Origin: Asterias rubens
Taxonomy: Eukaryota
DNA: 64,000 nt
Direction: 5' to 3'
Assembly: GCF_902459465.1 (NCBI RefSeq)
Contig: NC_047082.1
Coordinates: 12,028,001 to 12,092,000 of the forward strand
Of the stretch, positions 48,901 to 61,053 are shown in pieces (the stretch's first letter is position 1; every line of letters starts with the position of its first letter). Below the pieces are notes generated by a model. It was not told the DNA's origin and searched no databases. It saw only the letters and a list, made by a program, of their open reading frames with translations. The position numbers and the translations under genes are program-made.

Positions 48901-51900
48901 AATTCTGGGTAGTATGACATTAGGCCGATAGCTGTCAGGCATGTGATGAAGAAATCAAACAGCTGCAGGCAGAAGAACGGCAGCAGGTAACTTGACTGGT
49001 GCTGTTGGGGGAAGAAAATACATAAAACAAGGGTGAGTGTGAGACATCACTGGCAAAAAAGTCTGAAACTGGAATCCACATGTAAATTTGTATTGGAACT
49101 TTGCAAAGGGCACCACAGCAAAAGCACAGAGCAACATGCCAAAGTGATGTTGGTTATTTCGAGGCCTGTATTAGTTAGTAAGTAAGTTTTAACAACCCTG
49201 CCTCTAGCTACTGGGCAACCTCGGTAGTCTAGTTGGTAAGACACAGCTCTAGAATTGCAAGGGTCGTGGGTTCGAATCCCACCCGAGTAACATGCCTGTG
49301 ATATTTTTTCACAGGACTCGGGAAAGTACTGAGTATACAGGCCAATTAACACACATCGATGTATGGGTAAAAAACAAAATTAATATTCTTTATCCCCGAT
49401 GCAAATTCAACATCTCTTATATCGTTGCGGTATCCGCTGCCAAAACATAGGACTCGAACTGCCTCTAGCTACCGGGAAACCTCGGTAGTCTAGTTGGTAA
49501 GACACTGCTCTAGAATTGCAAGGGTCGTGGGTTCGAATCCGAGTAACATGTCTGTGATATTTTTTTCACAGGACTCGGGAAAGTACTGAGTATACAGTGC
49601 TAACACACACCGGTGTATGGGTAAAACAAATTAATAACCCTGACCAACTTGAACACTTTTAACAGACACAGTCAGAGAGACACACTGTATTCCCTGTCGG
49701 CAATCTCTATAACAGCAGTTAAAAGAAACTCTAAGATACCAGAGGAAAATTCCTTTTAGAATAGAATAGACAGACCAATAAACTTTGAACAGTCTTAGTT
49801 AGAGGTCAGGTAAAATGATTATGAAACACTTGAAGCGTGTGGTGCACACGATGAGCAATGAGCAAACCTTCTTTTGACCTATAGCGCGAGGGTGTCATAA
49901 CTCAAATGACATCACATGCATTAAGACATATTGAAAGCTCCTGTTATGAACTTACCTGTGCAACTCCCTTAATCATCATGCTTGTGATCAGAAAGTAGCA
50001 ACATATGATGACCAGTCCAACACAGTAATCAGCTGTTGAACAAAAATAACAATAAATAGGGGGTAAAAGAGCAAGGAAGCACCATAATATTGGAGTGAGA
50101 TACCCTGTCTAGGACAGACAAGGCCAATGTACGAATCCTACATCTGAGAGACGGAGGGTGTCAAAGTGTTTCCTATTTGTGGAACTTTGTAAATTGTTTA
50201 AGTTTTTGGTCGCGTGGAATTCTTTAGTCTTTTCAGTTCGCGGATAGTTGGTCAAGCAGCCCATGGTCTGTTTTAAGTTGTGTTGTGTCACGCGTAGTAA
50301 AAGTTTGTTTATTTATTGTTTTGGGGTCGAGGTTCAGAGAACTCCTTATGTGGTCATGATATTTGGTTCGGGTATTGTGAATGGGCACATTATGAACATG
50401 GTATGTGGAATGTAGGTGTGGCAATAGTGGGAAGGTTTCGTGGGTAGGGATATAGTGAATGTAGAGTAGTATGGACGATGACTCCGACCGAGCAGGGTCG
50501 CATGCAACGGGAGGAGATTGAGAGAGTGAGTGAGAGTGGGTCGACTGTAACCACCCGGTGAGTGGGTTCAGCCCTCGCAGGTTCAGCCCTCGCAGGTTAT
50601 AGGGCAGACTCCACCGTATTAAGATTTTCCGTGAGACAGAAAGTCCGCGGCGAAATATTGTAATTTTGGAAAGTCTTTAGTGACTGATTTCCACCGGTGC
50701 CCACAGCCTGGAACCGTGCCCTCCTACACCGATAATATGTCCCTCAGACATATCTACCCACATGCATCATGCTGGTCCTCAATTGACAAACTGGTGGACG
50801 TGCTGTCCTCAGTCTTGACAGTGCCCTTGATGATCATAGATGCAATAAGCAGCATAGCACATACTTGCCCAACCTGTTAATTTAAAGAAAAAGTACATAT
50901 TTTTGTTCAAATGAAAATCAACGATAGGTAAATATAACATGGCATTTGTAATGTGCCAAAACAACATAAAGAGACAAGGGTTGACTGTAGTGCCTAGTTG
51001 ACTGACTTTTTACAAAGGGGCACAAGAATTTTTAAACAGCAGTACAATGTGTCAAAATCATGAAAAAATTTAATAAAAATAAAATCACTACTAGGGTGGT
51101 CTTGACAACACTGCTTGCAACTTTAGTTCCTTTGGGCATTAGTGCACAATCGTTTTGCTGAGATGTTGCCTTTAATTTTCCCTTTTTAAAGGTACCATTT
51201 AAAGTGTTTATTTCAGAAGCTGTGTTTAGCTTGCCTGGAATTTGTACTATGAAGTAATCCTGAATTAAAGGGACACTGTTGGTAATTGTCAAAGACCAGT
51301 GTTCTCACCTAATGTATCTCAACATATGCATACAATAACAAACATGTGAAAATTTGAACTCAACTTGTCATCGGAGTTGGGAGAAAATGATGAAAGAAAA
51401 AACACCATTGTTGGATAAATTTGTGTGCTTTAAGATAGGAATAAAAGACTTCTAGCTAGAAGTCTTTTATTATTTTAGTGAGAAATCACCTCTTTCTCAA
51501 AAACTACGTTACTTCAGAGGGAGTCATCAGCTCTCCAATGCTAGGTACCAAGTCAGTTTTTAAGTTAATATTTATTTTGAGTAATTACCAAACGTGTACA
51601 TTGTTTGTACCTTCCCTTAAAGCCATTGGACCCTTTCGGTAAACAGTATTGTCCAAGGCCCACACTTCGTGTATCACAACTTATATCAAATAACAAACCT
51701 GTGAAAATTAAGGCTCAATTGGTCATCAGAGTCGGGAGAAAATAACGGAATAACCCACCCTTGTATCTGTGCGTTTCGCCGTGTCATGACATGTGTTTAA
51801 AATAAATCTGTAATTCTTGCTATCGAGAATTGATATTGTTTTACTGTTTTCTCAAAAAGTAAAGCATTTCATCGAATAATATTTCAAGAGAAGTCTTCTG

Positions 51901-53001
51901 TAAACCCTGAAAGTTATTTGTAAATCTGTGAACTTTTTTTGTTTTCCTGTACCGAAAGGGTCCAATGGCTTTAAAGAACGAGGTACGAAGCCCAAAGTAA
52001 CTTTGAACTTGAAGAACTTGCAAAATGTTTGAAGTGTCAAGTGTAGCGTAATCATAATGGTTCGAAGTGACCTGACACAACTATGTGTATGATGACGACA
52101 GCAGTAGCCCAGGGTCCTACTACTTGCCATCAACTTGCTTGGTGCCGTCAACTCGCCGCCAACTCCTCCAATATATATTATTTAAAATTCACAAAAGAGG
52201 CGTAGAACTGTAAAGTATTACATTAGCAAAAAGATCATTTTCTTAAGTTTTAGGTTAAACTTCAGGAGGTTTTACTACTTGTGTAGATTGATCGCCGACG
52301 TCTTGGGTCAAGACTAATCTATACCTGCCATCTGCGGTGTCGTGGTTGAGTCGAAGGCGAGTTTACATGGTTGACGGCACAAGTGAGTTGTTGGCAAGTT
52401 GACGGCTGGCTAGCTCCACGGTAGGACCAATATTTATTATTTAATGGATAACTTTCCGTATGGCGCCACCACTTTTTGACTCTTTTTTACAAAAAGGGAT
52501 ATATCAAGCAGGTAAATTAGATACTATATTATTTTATTTCGAATGAAAAAGTGGTGGCGCCATACGGAAACTTTTCCTATTTAATTTCAATGCTGTCATC
52601 ACTTTTTCTTTTGTTAAGAAATAAATTGGTATCTAATTAGGCTAACTCTAAAACAAATGTCAAATGAGATATTCCTTCAGAACTATGTATGTTGTAACCA
52701 TATAAAGTATTTCCCATGATGATGGCATGAATTTCATGAATGAATCTATCTGCTCATGAGTTTGAGTACACTCTGTGTAGAGTGTAGTGAACCCGAACCT
52801 ACTCCATATATCTCTACTGTTGTGTTATCTTGTCTACTTTTTGTAGTAACATACTACTGCGGATCTACGTTCTAAATTCTATTCAAAATGATCGGGTCTA
52901 CACTTTGTACTTACCATGTGCCATAACCCGATCAAAACCGAGCCAGTTCGTACGTGAAGACAAAAACAACATGTTGGATGCACTCCTCGTTGCCTTCCCA
53001 T
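45917..53001 (-). CDS. LAPTM4: Lysosomal-associated transmembrane protein 4-like (LAPTM4A/4B/5 family), 7 coding exons, 232 aa
   Basis: Exons 52915-53001 (CCFCLHVRTGSVLIGLWHM), 50762-50873, 49956-50032, 48885-49001 (YLLPFFCLQLFDF), 48070-48198, 47484-47582 (AYCIACVWSCYKYI), 45917-45994 (LPTY...PPPYEQ*). Phases 0,1,0,0,0,0; four hydrophobic segments; 699 nt. Confidence 0.94.
46990..47374. mobile_element. TTAA MITE family A
   Basis: Matches the family consensus; right TIR and TTAA intact. Confidence 0.85.
49196..49635 (+). repeat. Tandem 261-bp unit (about 1.7 copies) containing a tRNA-like pseudogene/SINE head (49219-49290 and a degenerate second copy)
   Basis: cctctagct at 49201 and 49462; D arm gtct/agac, T arm gtggg-ttcgaat-cccac, acceptor ctcgg/ccgag. 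Confidence 0.8.
51266..51974. mobile_element. Two stacked TTAA MITEs (family B 51266-51620; family D 51617-51974)
   Basis: Shared TTAA at 51617-51620. Confidence 0.85.
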
Positions 53002-55893
53002 TTTGAGGTTCTTGTAAATTTAACTGTATATAACAAATCTATAATATGTAAGCAAAGTTCTCGTGGTTATACAGCGGGGAAAACAGTGGAGCAATCGGTC
53101 AAATTTAGACCGATTTAACCCCACAGAAAAACTCCATAACCCTCTCTCTCTCAGCCGAGCTCGATGAATGTATTATGCGGTTGTTATTATCTATCGTTTG
53201 CGCGTGCGCGCGCGTGTGTGTGGTGACGATTGTTTTTAGAAAGGTTGATGACGTGACTCTTCAATGGTGCCCATTTTCGAATCCCAATTGGTAATACAAA
53301 ATGATAGATACCACACAATTATGAAAATGAAATTAATGTTAAAAAAGAAGTTTGTTGGGGAGCTGCAGCGATTTGCAGATCTTCCTTCATGCCAATGTTG
53401 AAAACTTAACGAATAGTCAAGTTGCCCGAGCTGGCATTTCCCATCTGGGCGCCATTTGTTTCAATTGGGTAGCAATCCGGGTTTTCCCAGAGCTGAGCTG
53501 AGCATCGACATCGCTTCGATGGCGAAATTTCTACTCCGCGATACAATTGTTTTATTATTTGTACGCCAGCTGTGACAATCGTAGCTCTTGATCACACATC
53601 CATAGACCCACTTTCTTGCACAACTTTTTGGAGAGGTTAATTGAACTAGCAAATATGTCTTTGGAAAACAGAAAATCAGCAAGTCTTTGCAATTACATGT
53701 ATGGGGGGGGGGGGAGATCAGGCTGGGGCGGGTTGCAATTTTGAGGCACTTGTTTCGAAAATTTGGTTGAGTAACTTCACCCAACTGGTTGAGTGTAAAC
53801 AACATTAACTCAATGAGTCTATATTTGGTAATATTGTGATAATTATTAAATGACATGTAGGGTCCTTTTAGTTGAAGAAGACTCTGACTTAGTATATTTG
53901 TTTCTAAAGAAAATAGTTTCGCATAATATTGACCAACAATGAAAGAAACGCCCCTCCTAATTACTTCTAGTGAAGAGCACATTCAATCCAATCCACCACT
54001 CCAATATCTAATCAGCAAACCGACCCGTTTAGGTTTTTTTAAATGAAGTACAAAAACGATAGAAATTTTCTAAAGAAAGCTTCACAGCAAATGTTACTTG
54101 CTTTTGGGCAAGATTTCATTATGTCCATGTACCTTGTCCATGTACCATGTACCTTTGCTTTGATTTAAAAACAAAAGGAACCTAGCAAGCCTTGAATTAC
54201 ACGCAGGCCACGGAGGTCATGGCCTCCGCTGCCCCTGGTCTCGGCCTTGGTGCCCCTTCACAATTTCCCCGTTGACTTGCTCCAATGGAAGTGCCCTTTG
54301 CAAAATGACAATGGCATTGCCCTTTTTTGTTACGAAATTCCAGGTCTGACCTAGTTAACAGGAATGTTTTTTCTTACAACAGTGATATTAATGAAACAAT
54401 TTTCAGGACAAAGATTTTTCAAAAAAAGATTCATTAGATTACAGGACAAGACACTTGTGAATGGTTTGGATAATTTTGGAACAATGGTCAAAGACAGTCC
54501 CTGAAGAATAGGGTGAGGGGACAGGGGGGGGGGGTATGATAACCGGTAAATCCCACACAGAGCAAGAGTCAAAAGAGGTTTTAAGCGTGAAACAATACAG
54601 ATTTATTACAATGTTATAAACACAGAGCTTTTAGGCCCTACATCTGCTTTATAAATTGTAACGGTACCATTGTTTCCAATTGATGTTTTTACAAGGTCAA
54701 CTGTCAGAAATTCCTTATCCAGCCGCTCTCACTTTTCAGTTTAAAAACATTCTTTACTTAAGTAAAGTATTACCTTGTATTCTAAAATACCTAAATAATA
54801 AATAATTAATATACACATCCACTTTGTTTGTCTATGAATCTACACATTATTTTCATAAATATTGATGCTTTGTTCAATCTTTTACACTCAATTCCAATAA
54901 AATTGTTCACACAAATACCAGGCAAGCTGCATTTATATGAACATTCAAATTAACAATATACAATCATTCTAGGCAGTTTCTGAACATCCAGAATTAAATA
55001 ACTCAACAAGTTTCTAAAGTTTAGAGCATTGAATTCAAGTTCTGATTGTTTTGTCATTGGGATGTGGGTTCGAATCTCGGTCATGGCACATTTGTCCTCA
55101 ATAATTAAACAATATACATGTACAATCATTCTACGCAGTTTCTGAAGATCCAGAATTAAATAACTCATAACAATTTCTAAAGTTTAGAGCATTTAATTCA
55201 AGTTCGGACAGTTTTGTCATCGGGATGTGGGTTCGAATCCTGGTCATGGCACATGTGTCCTCCAGCAAGACACTTAACCATAATTGCTTCTCTTCACCCA
55301 GGGGCATAAATGGGTCTACCTGTGAGGGTAGAGGTTGATATTGTGTTTGAAAAACCTATCTGCACTGCCTGACCTGTCTGCCCTGCCTGTATAATCCACA
55401 GGGAGCTGAGAAAGATTACAAGAATGATAATTGGTCAAACGACCAGGGCACTAGGCCTAATATATAAAGCACTTTGATATGTTATTGTAAAACGCGCTAT
55501 AAAATAAACACGTTATTATTATTATAAAATGAGGGAGAAAACCATATAAAGCAATGATATTTTAATTTGGTTACAATATTCCCCCGAAAAGGCCTAGCAC
55601 GACATTTTTGTACTAAGTGGCTACAACTGTTGCTAAGGGGAGGGGATGGTAAGGGCAGCCTATGCTTCATCGCACGATGACCCAGCGATTAGCATTAAGC
55701 TGCAACTTTGGAAAACAAAGAAAAAAGATAGAACTACAATAAATAAAGTAGAAGAAAACATTTGTCCTCATTCTTTGACTTCGCAGTAAAAAGGAAAACA
55801 GCTTAATGCTAAATGGTATGCACAATCTCTATATGTAACTCATTGACTTAAAAAAATAATAATGTCAGTCAAAAGTTTTAAACAGATATTGAG

Positions 55894-57443
55894 CTATGTG
55901 TACATCATTTCTGCCATTTCGGACATCTTTTTAGGAATATAAACCAAATTTTCAAAGTACCCAGCCAGATCGTCAGCCGTTGTATCATCAAATGAGATGT
56001 CGTGAGTGAATCGAGCTTGCTGAGAGCATGAAAACTCAGAGCGTGGAGGTGAAGACATGGCGCTACTACTGACGTTGGCAAGGTTCTGAGTCCAGCCCTG
56101 GAGCGGCGAGTCTGATTTCATGGTGCTAGATTTCACCACTGCTTTGGCATTATGCAAGGGTTTTTGTACAGCACCAGGAGTCCCAAGTTTACAGAGCCTC
56201 GTGTTGTCTCTGTATGTGGCAAAAGTGCGAGAGCCATGAAATGATTGGCTCCGGGCTTCTAATTTTGCTTTACGGTGTCGGGTCAGTCTTCGAGTGGGCT
56301 TTCCAGCAGTTGTGTTGTGCTTACTGGCTGTGGACTTACAGCTACACTCAAACTTCACAGGTGAACTGGTCTCGCTAGGTCTCTCGTGCGGTGGTAGGGT
56401 ATCGGTTGTCTCTTCTTCGATGGTTGCGAGTGTCTTGAATGAGGCGACAGACTTGACTTTATTTGTAGCACCAAATATCTCCTTGTCTTTCCTGATGCAA
56501 ATCTTTGTTAAGGGATTTCTGAGAGTGCTTGACTCAAAGCCAATGTAAGGTCTATGACTGCATGTAGAGGCCTGCTCTTTTGAGTTGGTTTCCTTCTCCT
56601 GCTGATCAGAGTTGGTCTTGATTGTTTCAGCACTGGCTGGGTTCTCCTTCTTGCTTTCTACAGTCTTCTCAACGCACAGACAGGTTGATGAGGAGCACTT
56701 TCCCTTATCCACAGCACACGGGAGCTCACCAAATGTAGCAGTCAATGCACAGCTTGTGGAATAAGGCTCTACCCTGTGTTTAGTGCTGCGGAGGCTGCTC
56801 TTTCTAAGACCAGTTTTCCTTGCTTTGGTTTCTCTGTCAATCGGATACTCTGTGTGTGGCACCAGCAGGCTGGTAGATCCCACAGAAGACCTATAAAAAG
56901 GTTAATAAAAAATGTCAACAATTTAACTGATTGTTTGTCAATGTAGGCCATGTTTCAAGAGCGGCAAGTAGGTTCTTATTTGAAGGTAAACATTTTTCTG
57001 AAAACGGTGGGTTTGATGTTGAATCCCTGTCATGATACTTGTGCCCTGGAGCAATACACTTAAACCAGAGTTGCTTTGTTGGGAAGGTAGTGCATTCTGC
57101 TCTATCAGCCTGGTTCCTAGTGAATGATACCCATGCCTTTACCCTTCCATGTACATAGTGTGAAAAGGCTAACCCTGTTTCAGCCCCAGGAGTAGGTGTG
57201 TCCCTGGTTACAGATGATCTGGGACGACAGCCTCACCTTGAAGTGGCCGTTCTGCCTTGTGAGTTGGGCGATAATACGAAGAAAAACAAATAAATAAATA
57301 AATATTGTAGCTGACCAAAATAAAACAAAACAGACTACAACACCAGTAATAAATAGCTGGGTAAGGATGACTCACCAAGCTGGGTCTACTCGTAGCTTCT
57401 TGAACATCACCTGAAGACGATCTTCCTCCGCTTCTTCAGCCAT
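55894..57443 (-). CDS. OSER1: Oxidative stress-responsive serine-rich protein 1, 2 coding exons, 354 aa
   Basis: Exon 57376-57443 (MAEEAEEDRLQVMFKKLRVD, cf. human EEESLQTAFKKLRVD), phase 2 to exon 55894-56890. C-terminus CSQQAR...DDTTADDLAGYFENLVYIPKKMSEMAEMMYT matches human [37 protein letters not shown]. Confidence 0.95.
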
Positions 57444-57658
57444 CTTGTCTCAGGGTAGTGGGTGAAGAGTGGTGGTCTTCTATGCTAGTATTTGTTCTTA
57501 TCCTTTGATCCAGATGATGATAGCCTAAAATTAACATCAACAAAAGCTGTTAAAATGCTGTTGTATTTTTATAAAAAAGGAGAAGTACTGCTTCCTACCC
57601 TCACTTTAATTAAATTTTACTCCCTGTTACCAAAGACATATTCTTGTACGTGTGGGCC

Positions 57659-58071
57659 TTAGAGGATACGGGGTACTTTTTTCAAAATGTCCACAGATTT
57701 ACATTAAACTTACAGGGTTTGAAGATAATGCTAGTGGAAAGCTTCCCTTCAAGTAATACTAACTGAGGTTCTGTAGTTTTTGAAAAATAGGTAAAACAAA
57801 TCACAAAATAATTTTCGTCTCACATGAGATGAAAATTATTTTAGCATGTAAAATCCGATTAACCAGTTATGGTGTTATACTATAGTCACTGGTTAATATG
57901 TTTTTACATGCTAAAACTGAGGCGAAAATTATTTGTTTTACTCATTTCTAAAAAACTACAACACCTCAGTAAGTAAAATTTCAAGGGAAGCTTTCCACTA
58001 TCATAATCTTCAAACTGTGTAAGTTTAATCGGTGGGCATTGTGTTTTGTGTAAGGAACATAGACCCTTTAA
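57659..58071. mobile_element. TTAA-type MITE family F (partial relatives at ~10735-10990, ~22400-22640, ~35400-35600)
   Basis: Recurrent aaatgtccacagatttacattaaact...gaaagcttcccttc block, with an internal catgctaaaa palindrome. Confidence 0.7.
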
Positions 58072-58606
58072 GCGGAGCAACATTCCACACCATAGTGTTA
58101 GCCAGAGCCAGGAGTGTATGAGGTGTCTTTTGAACGCTTCGTTTTATGTCATTTACATGTAAATGTATTTGTACTTTTATCGAAGAATTTGGACACCTAG
58201 TTTTTAAGTTTCTACCCAGCAAATGTTGAAACCCTTTACCAAACCGGGGCTTAAACCTTGTTCATCACAAAACATCACAGCTTTCAATATAAAAAGCATC
58301 ATAAAAAACATGTGGTTTAGTACTAAAAAGAATACAGTTTTGTGCTCCCAAATTTGAATCTGAGAAGCGTTTCTGCAGTAGCGTTCCTCAGATTGTGTAT
58401 TCCTAAAAAAAGTATTTAAGGGATTTGGGCAGGCCTAGAATTTCGTTAGACTCTGCGAGAAGAATCAAAATTGATTCACGCTGAAATTTTGCGAGAGTCC
58501 ATGAGTTTGAGGAATGGGTTGGATGGGTGATGTTGGCAAGTAAAAGCAGTTTGTGAATGCACATAACAATCTTGTACAAGCTTGTAAATGAACCTGGAAG
58601 TAGTTG

Positions 58607-59226
58607 GGTGTCAAGACACTTCGTACCATTGCCACTTCGTACCCTGGACATTAGGGTTACGGTTAGGGTTAGGTCTGTCGCCGAGTGTGCCCCTGTATTC
58701 TATAGTTACTCCCTTTGGCCTACCACGCAGTGTGAAAATCAAACTTTTTCAACTGGGTGCCGAGTTTGTATTTGTACATGTGCCGAGTTTGTGGGTGCCA
58801 AGGTTGCAGGTGACGAGTCTGCAAGGTGCCAAAGTGACCGGTACCCCTTCGTACCCCGCCAACAGAACGAAGTGTCCCGAACGAAGGTATGAAGTGGCAC
58901 AGGTACAAAGTGTCCGACATCCACTAGTTGTAGGCCGATATAATAACTATATACTGTACCCCAGTACGACAATGGGTACAAAGTGACTTGGGTACGAAGT
59001 GACCGACATTATCAAATTTGTGAATTACGATGTCCACATGTCATGAAAGTAAATAATATTATTAATAATAAGGCCGACCACTTCTGCCAGAATCAGACAA
59101 TTGGGGTACGAAGTGACTCGGGTACGAAATGACTTGGGTACAACAATTTAGGTACGAAGTGACTTGGGTACAAACATGACGAAGTGACTTGGGTACGAAG
59201 GGTACGAACCCGAAGTGACTGACATC
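58607..59226. mobile_element. Foldback-like element with GGGTACGAAGTGAC subterminal repeats
   Basis: Termini tgtcaagacacttcg / cgaagtgacttgaca; many cttcgtacc/ggtacgaag motifs in opposing orientation on the two sides. Confidence 0.7.
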
Positions 59227-59280
59227 GGGTTCACACTGGGCACTGTGCGATGTGACTGGTTATTTATGTCCTGACCTAAC

Positions 59281-60366
59281 TTGAGTCTTGAGTAATTTAA
59301 TCCCTAAACAGCTCACGTAGGAAGCTAAGCTGGGATGGTGCGTTGGTGGCATCATTGGTCGACGGTGCAAGGTGCGAAGAGAACAAATAAATAAAAAAGA
59401 AACGAGAAGGTTGTGCACTATTTACATTGTGCAAGACTGGGTTTACAGCATCCTAGAGCCAGCCAGAGGTCGTAGGACTCTAATTGCTGACAGGGCAACC
59501 TGTTGGAATGCTGAGATGGATGGCGCATACACTGCTGTAGAGGGTAGATGATTCCAGATCCGAACTGTTCTTGGGTAGAATGAAAATTTGTATTGGTCAT
59601 TAGAGGCATCTGGTATAGTATATTTGAGAGTGTGATCCTGTCTGCGATGTATGTAGCTGGCTTGATAGATGGTGGCATTTGGATGTTGACGAGACCATGG
59701 TGTATTTTAAAGAACATGGTGGACTGTGCAAGGAGGCGTCTACCATAAAGGGTTTCCCATACCAGGCTGTTAATGAGCACTGTGACCGAGGTTGTTCTTC
59801 GATAATCGTTATAGATGAAGCGTGCTGCTGACCTCTGTGTTTGCTTAAGCCATTTTTGACCATCTATTGTGTGTGGACTCCACACTTCTGAGGCGTATTC
59901 CATTTGCAGACAAACTAAGGTTTTGTAGGCTGTTGTTTTGACAGTTTGAGTGCAGTGAGTGAGGGTTCTGCGAAGAAGACCAAGAGTGCCGCTGACTTTA
60001 CTGATTATTTTCTGGTGGTGGATGTTCCAGCAGAGATCACGTGTCACTGTGACTCCCAAGTAATCGTGCTGGTCTACTGATGCGAGTGTTGTTCCAAGGA
60101 TATTGTATTGGAAGAGGCTGGGCTTGCGCTTTTTAGTGATAGTTAGTGAAGCACATTTGTTGATATTAAAGTGCATCAACCATTTTGCAGATCACTCAGT
60201 GAGAGTTGCTATGTCGCACTGGAGCTTGCAGTGATCTTCCTGGCAATGTATTTCACGATAGATGACACTGTCGCCAGCAAAAAGCCTCAAACTGGATTGC
60301 ACTTGGTCCTGGATATCGTTGATGTGTATGAGAAACAGGGCTGGCCCCAGAACCGAACCTTGGCGT
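59281..60366 (-). mobile_element. 5'-truncated CR1/L2-group non-LTR retrotransposon (RT C-terminal half), inactivated
   Basis: QGSVLGPALFLIHIND...LRLFAGDS (catalytic xADD degenerate), in-frame TGA at 60192-60194 where Trp is expected, then HFNINKC...YLGVT...TAYKTLV...EYASEVWSP...QRSAARFI...RR. 3' end near the ctcaag repeat at about 59281. Confidence 0.9.
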
Positions 60367-61053
60367 ACCCTAGCCCCATAAATCGGTCCAATCCACTCCG
60401 TATCCCCAGCACGCACCACTGATATAAAAATCTTTCGCTTCCTTGAAAAAACAATCTGCATCATGAAACTTACCGATCTAATGCTTCAGAAGTTGCACAT
60501 AGCCCTACCCCTACACTTGGAATTGGACAAACGTGTAGAACTCTCTGCACACGTTCGTCCTAGAAAGAAAAAAATACCCAAATCCATGCTTTGTGTACAA
60601 ACATGTGGACACGCGTCTGGGAACTACAAAGAATAATTCCCAGACGCGTGTCCATAAATGTTTGGACACCAAGCGCGGATTGGGTATATTTTCTTTCCAG
60701 GACAAACGTGTGCATTGTGCAGATGATTCTACACAATTGTCCTGGGAAAAAAATACGCACACGGTCGGGGACAATCGGCATTAGTAGTGTAGCTGTAAAA
60801 AAAAGAGAGGAAGTTGAAAAAATTCACACTCAAAATTCATTTGACTTTTACTCAAAACCTGTGATTGTGATTGTGATACCTATTTGAACAAGTCTAAGTG
60901 TAGGGCTATCTGCAACTTCTGAAGCATTAGATCAGTAAGTTTCATGATGCAGATCATTTTTTCAAGGAAGCGAAAGATTTTTATATCAGTGACAGTGGTG
61001 CTGGGGCAAAGGATACGGAGTGGATTGGACCGATTTACACGATATGGGGCTAG
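60367..61053. repeat. Nested inverted repeat (foldback) abutting the LINE 5' end
   Basis: Outer arms ~60367-60519 and ~60893-61053; inner arms around a perfect 17-bp stem at 60607-60623/60637-60653. Confidence 0.85.

Noticed and set aside
49219-49290. Possible functional tRNA-Ser(AGA)
   Set aside because: The anticodon stem has two or more mismatches, it lacks the long variable arm of tRNA-Ser, and it sits in a tandem repeat with a broken second copy.
50109-50430. Possible LINE 3' remnant (HNTR-like motif)
   Set aside because: Similarity is too weak and fragmented to call without a profile search.
53461-53982. 173-aa minus-strand ORF upstream of LAPTM4
   Set aside because: No recognisable domain, crosses a homopolymer run and has no supporting splice structure. 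Treated as a chance ORF, although transcription cannot be excluded.
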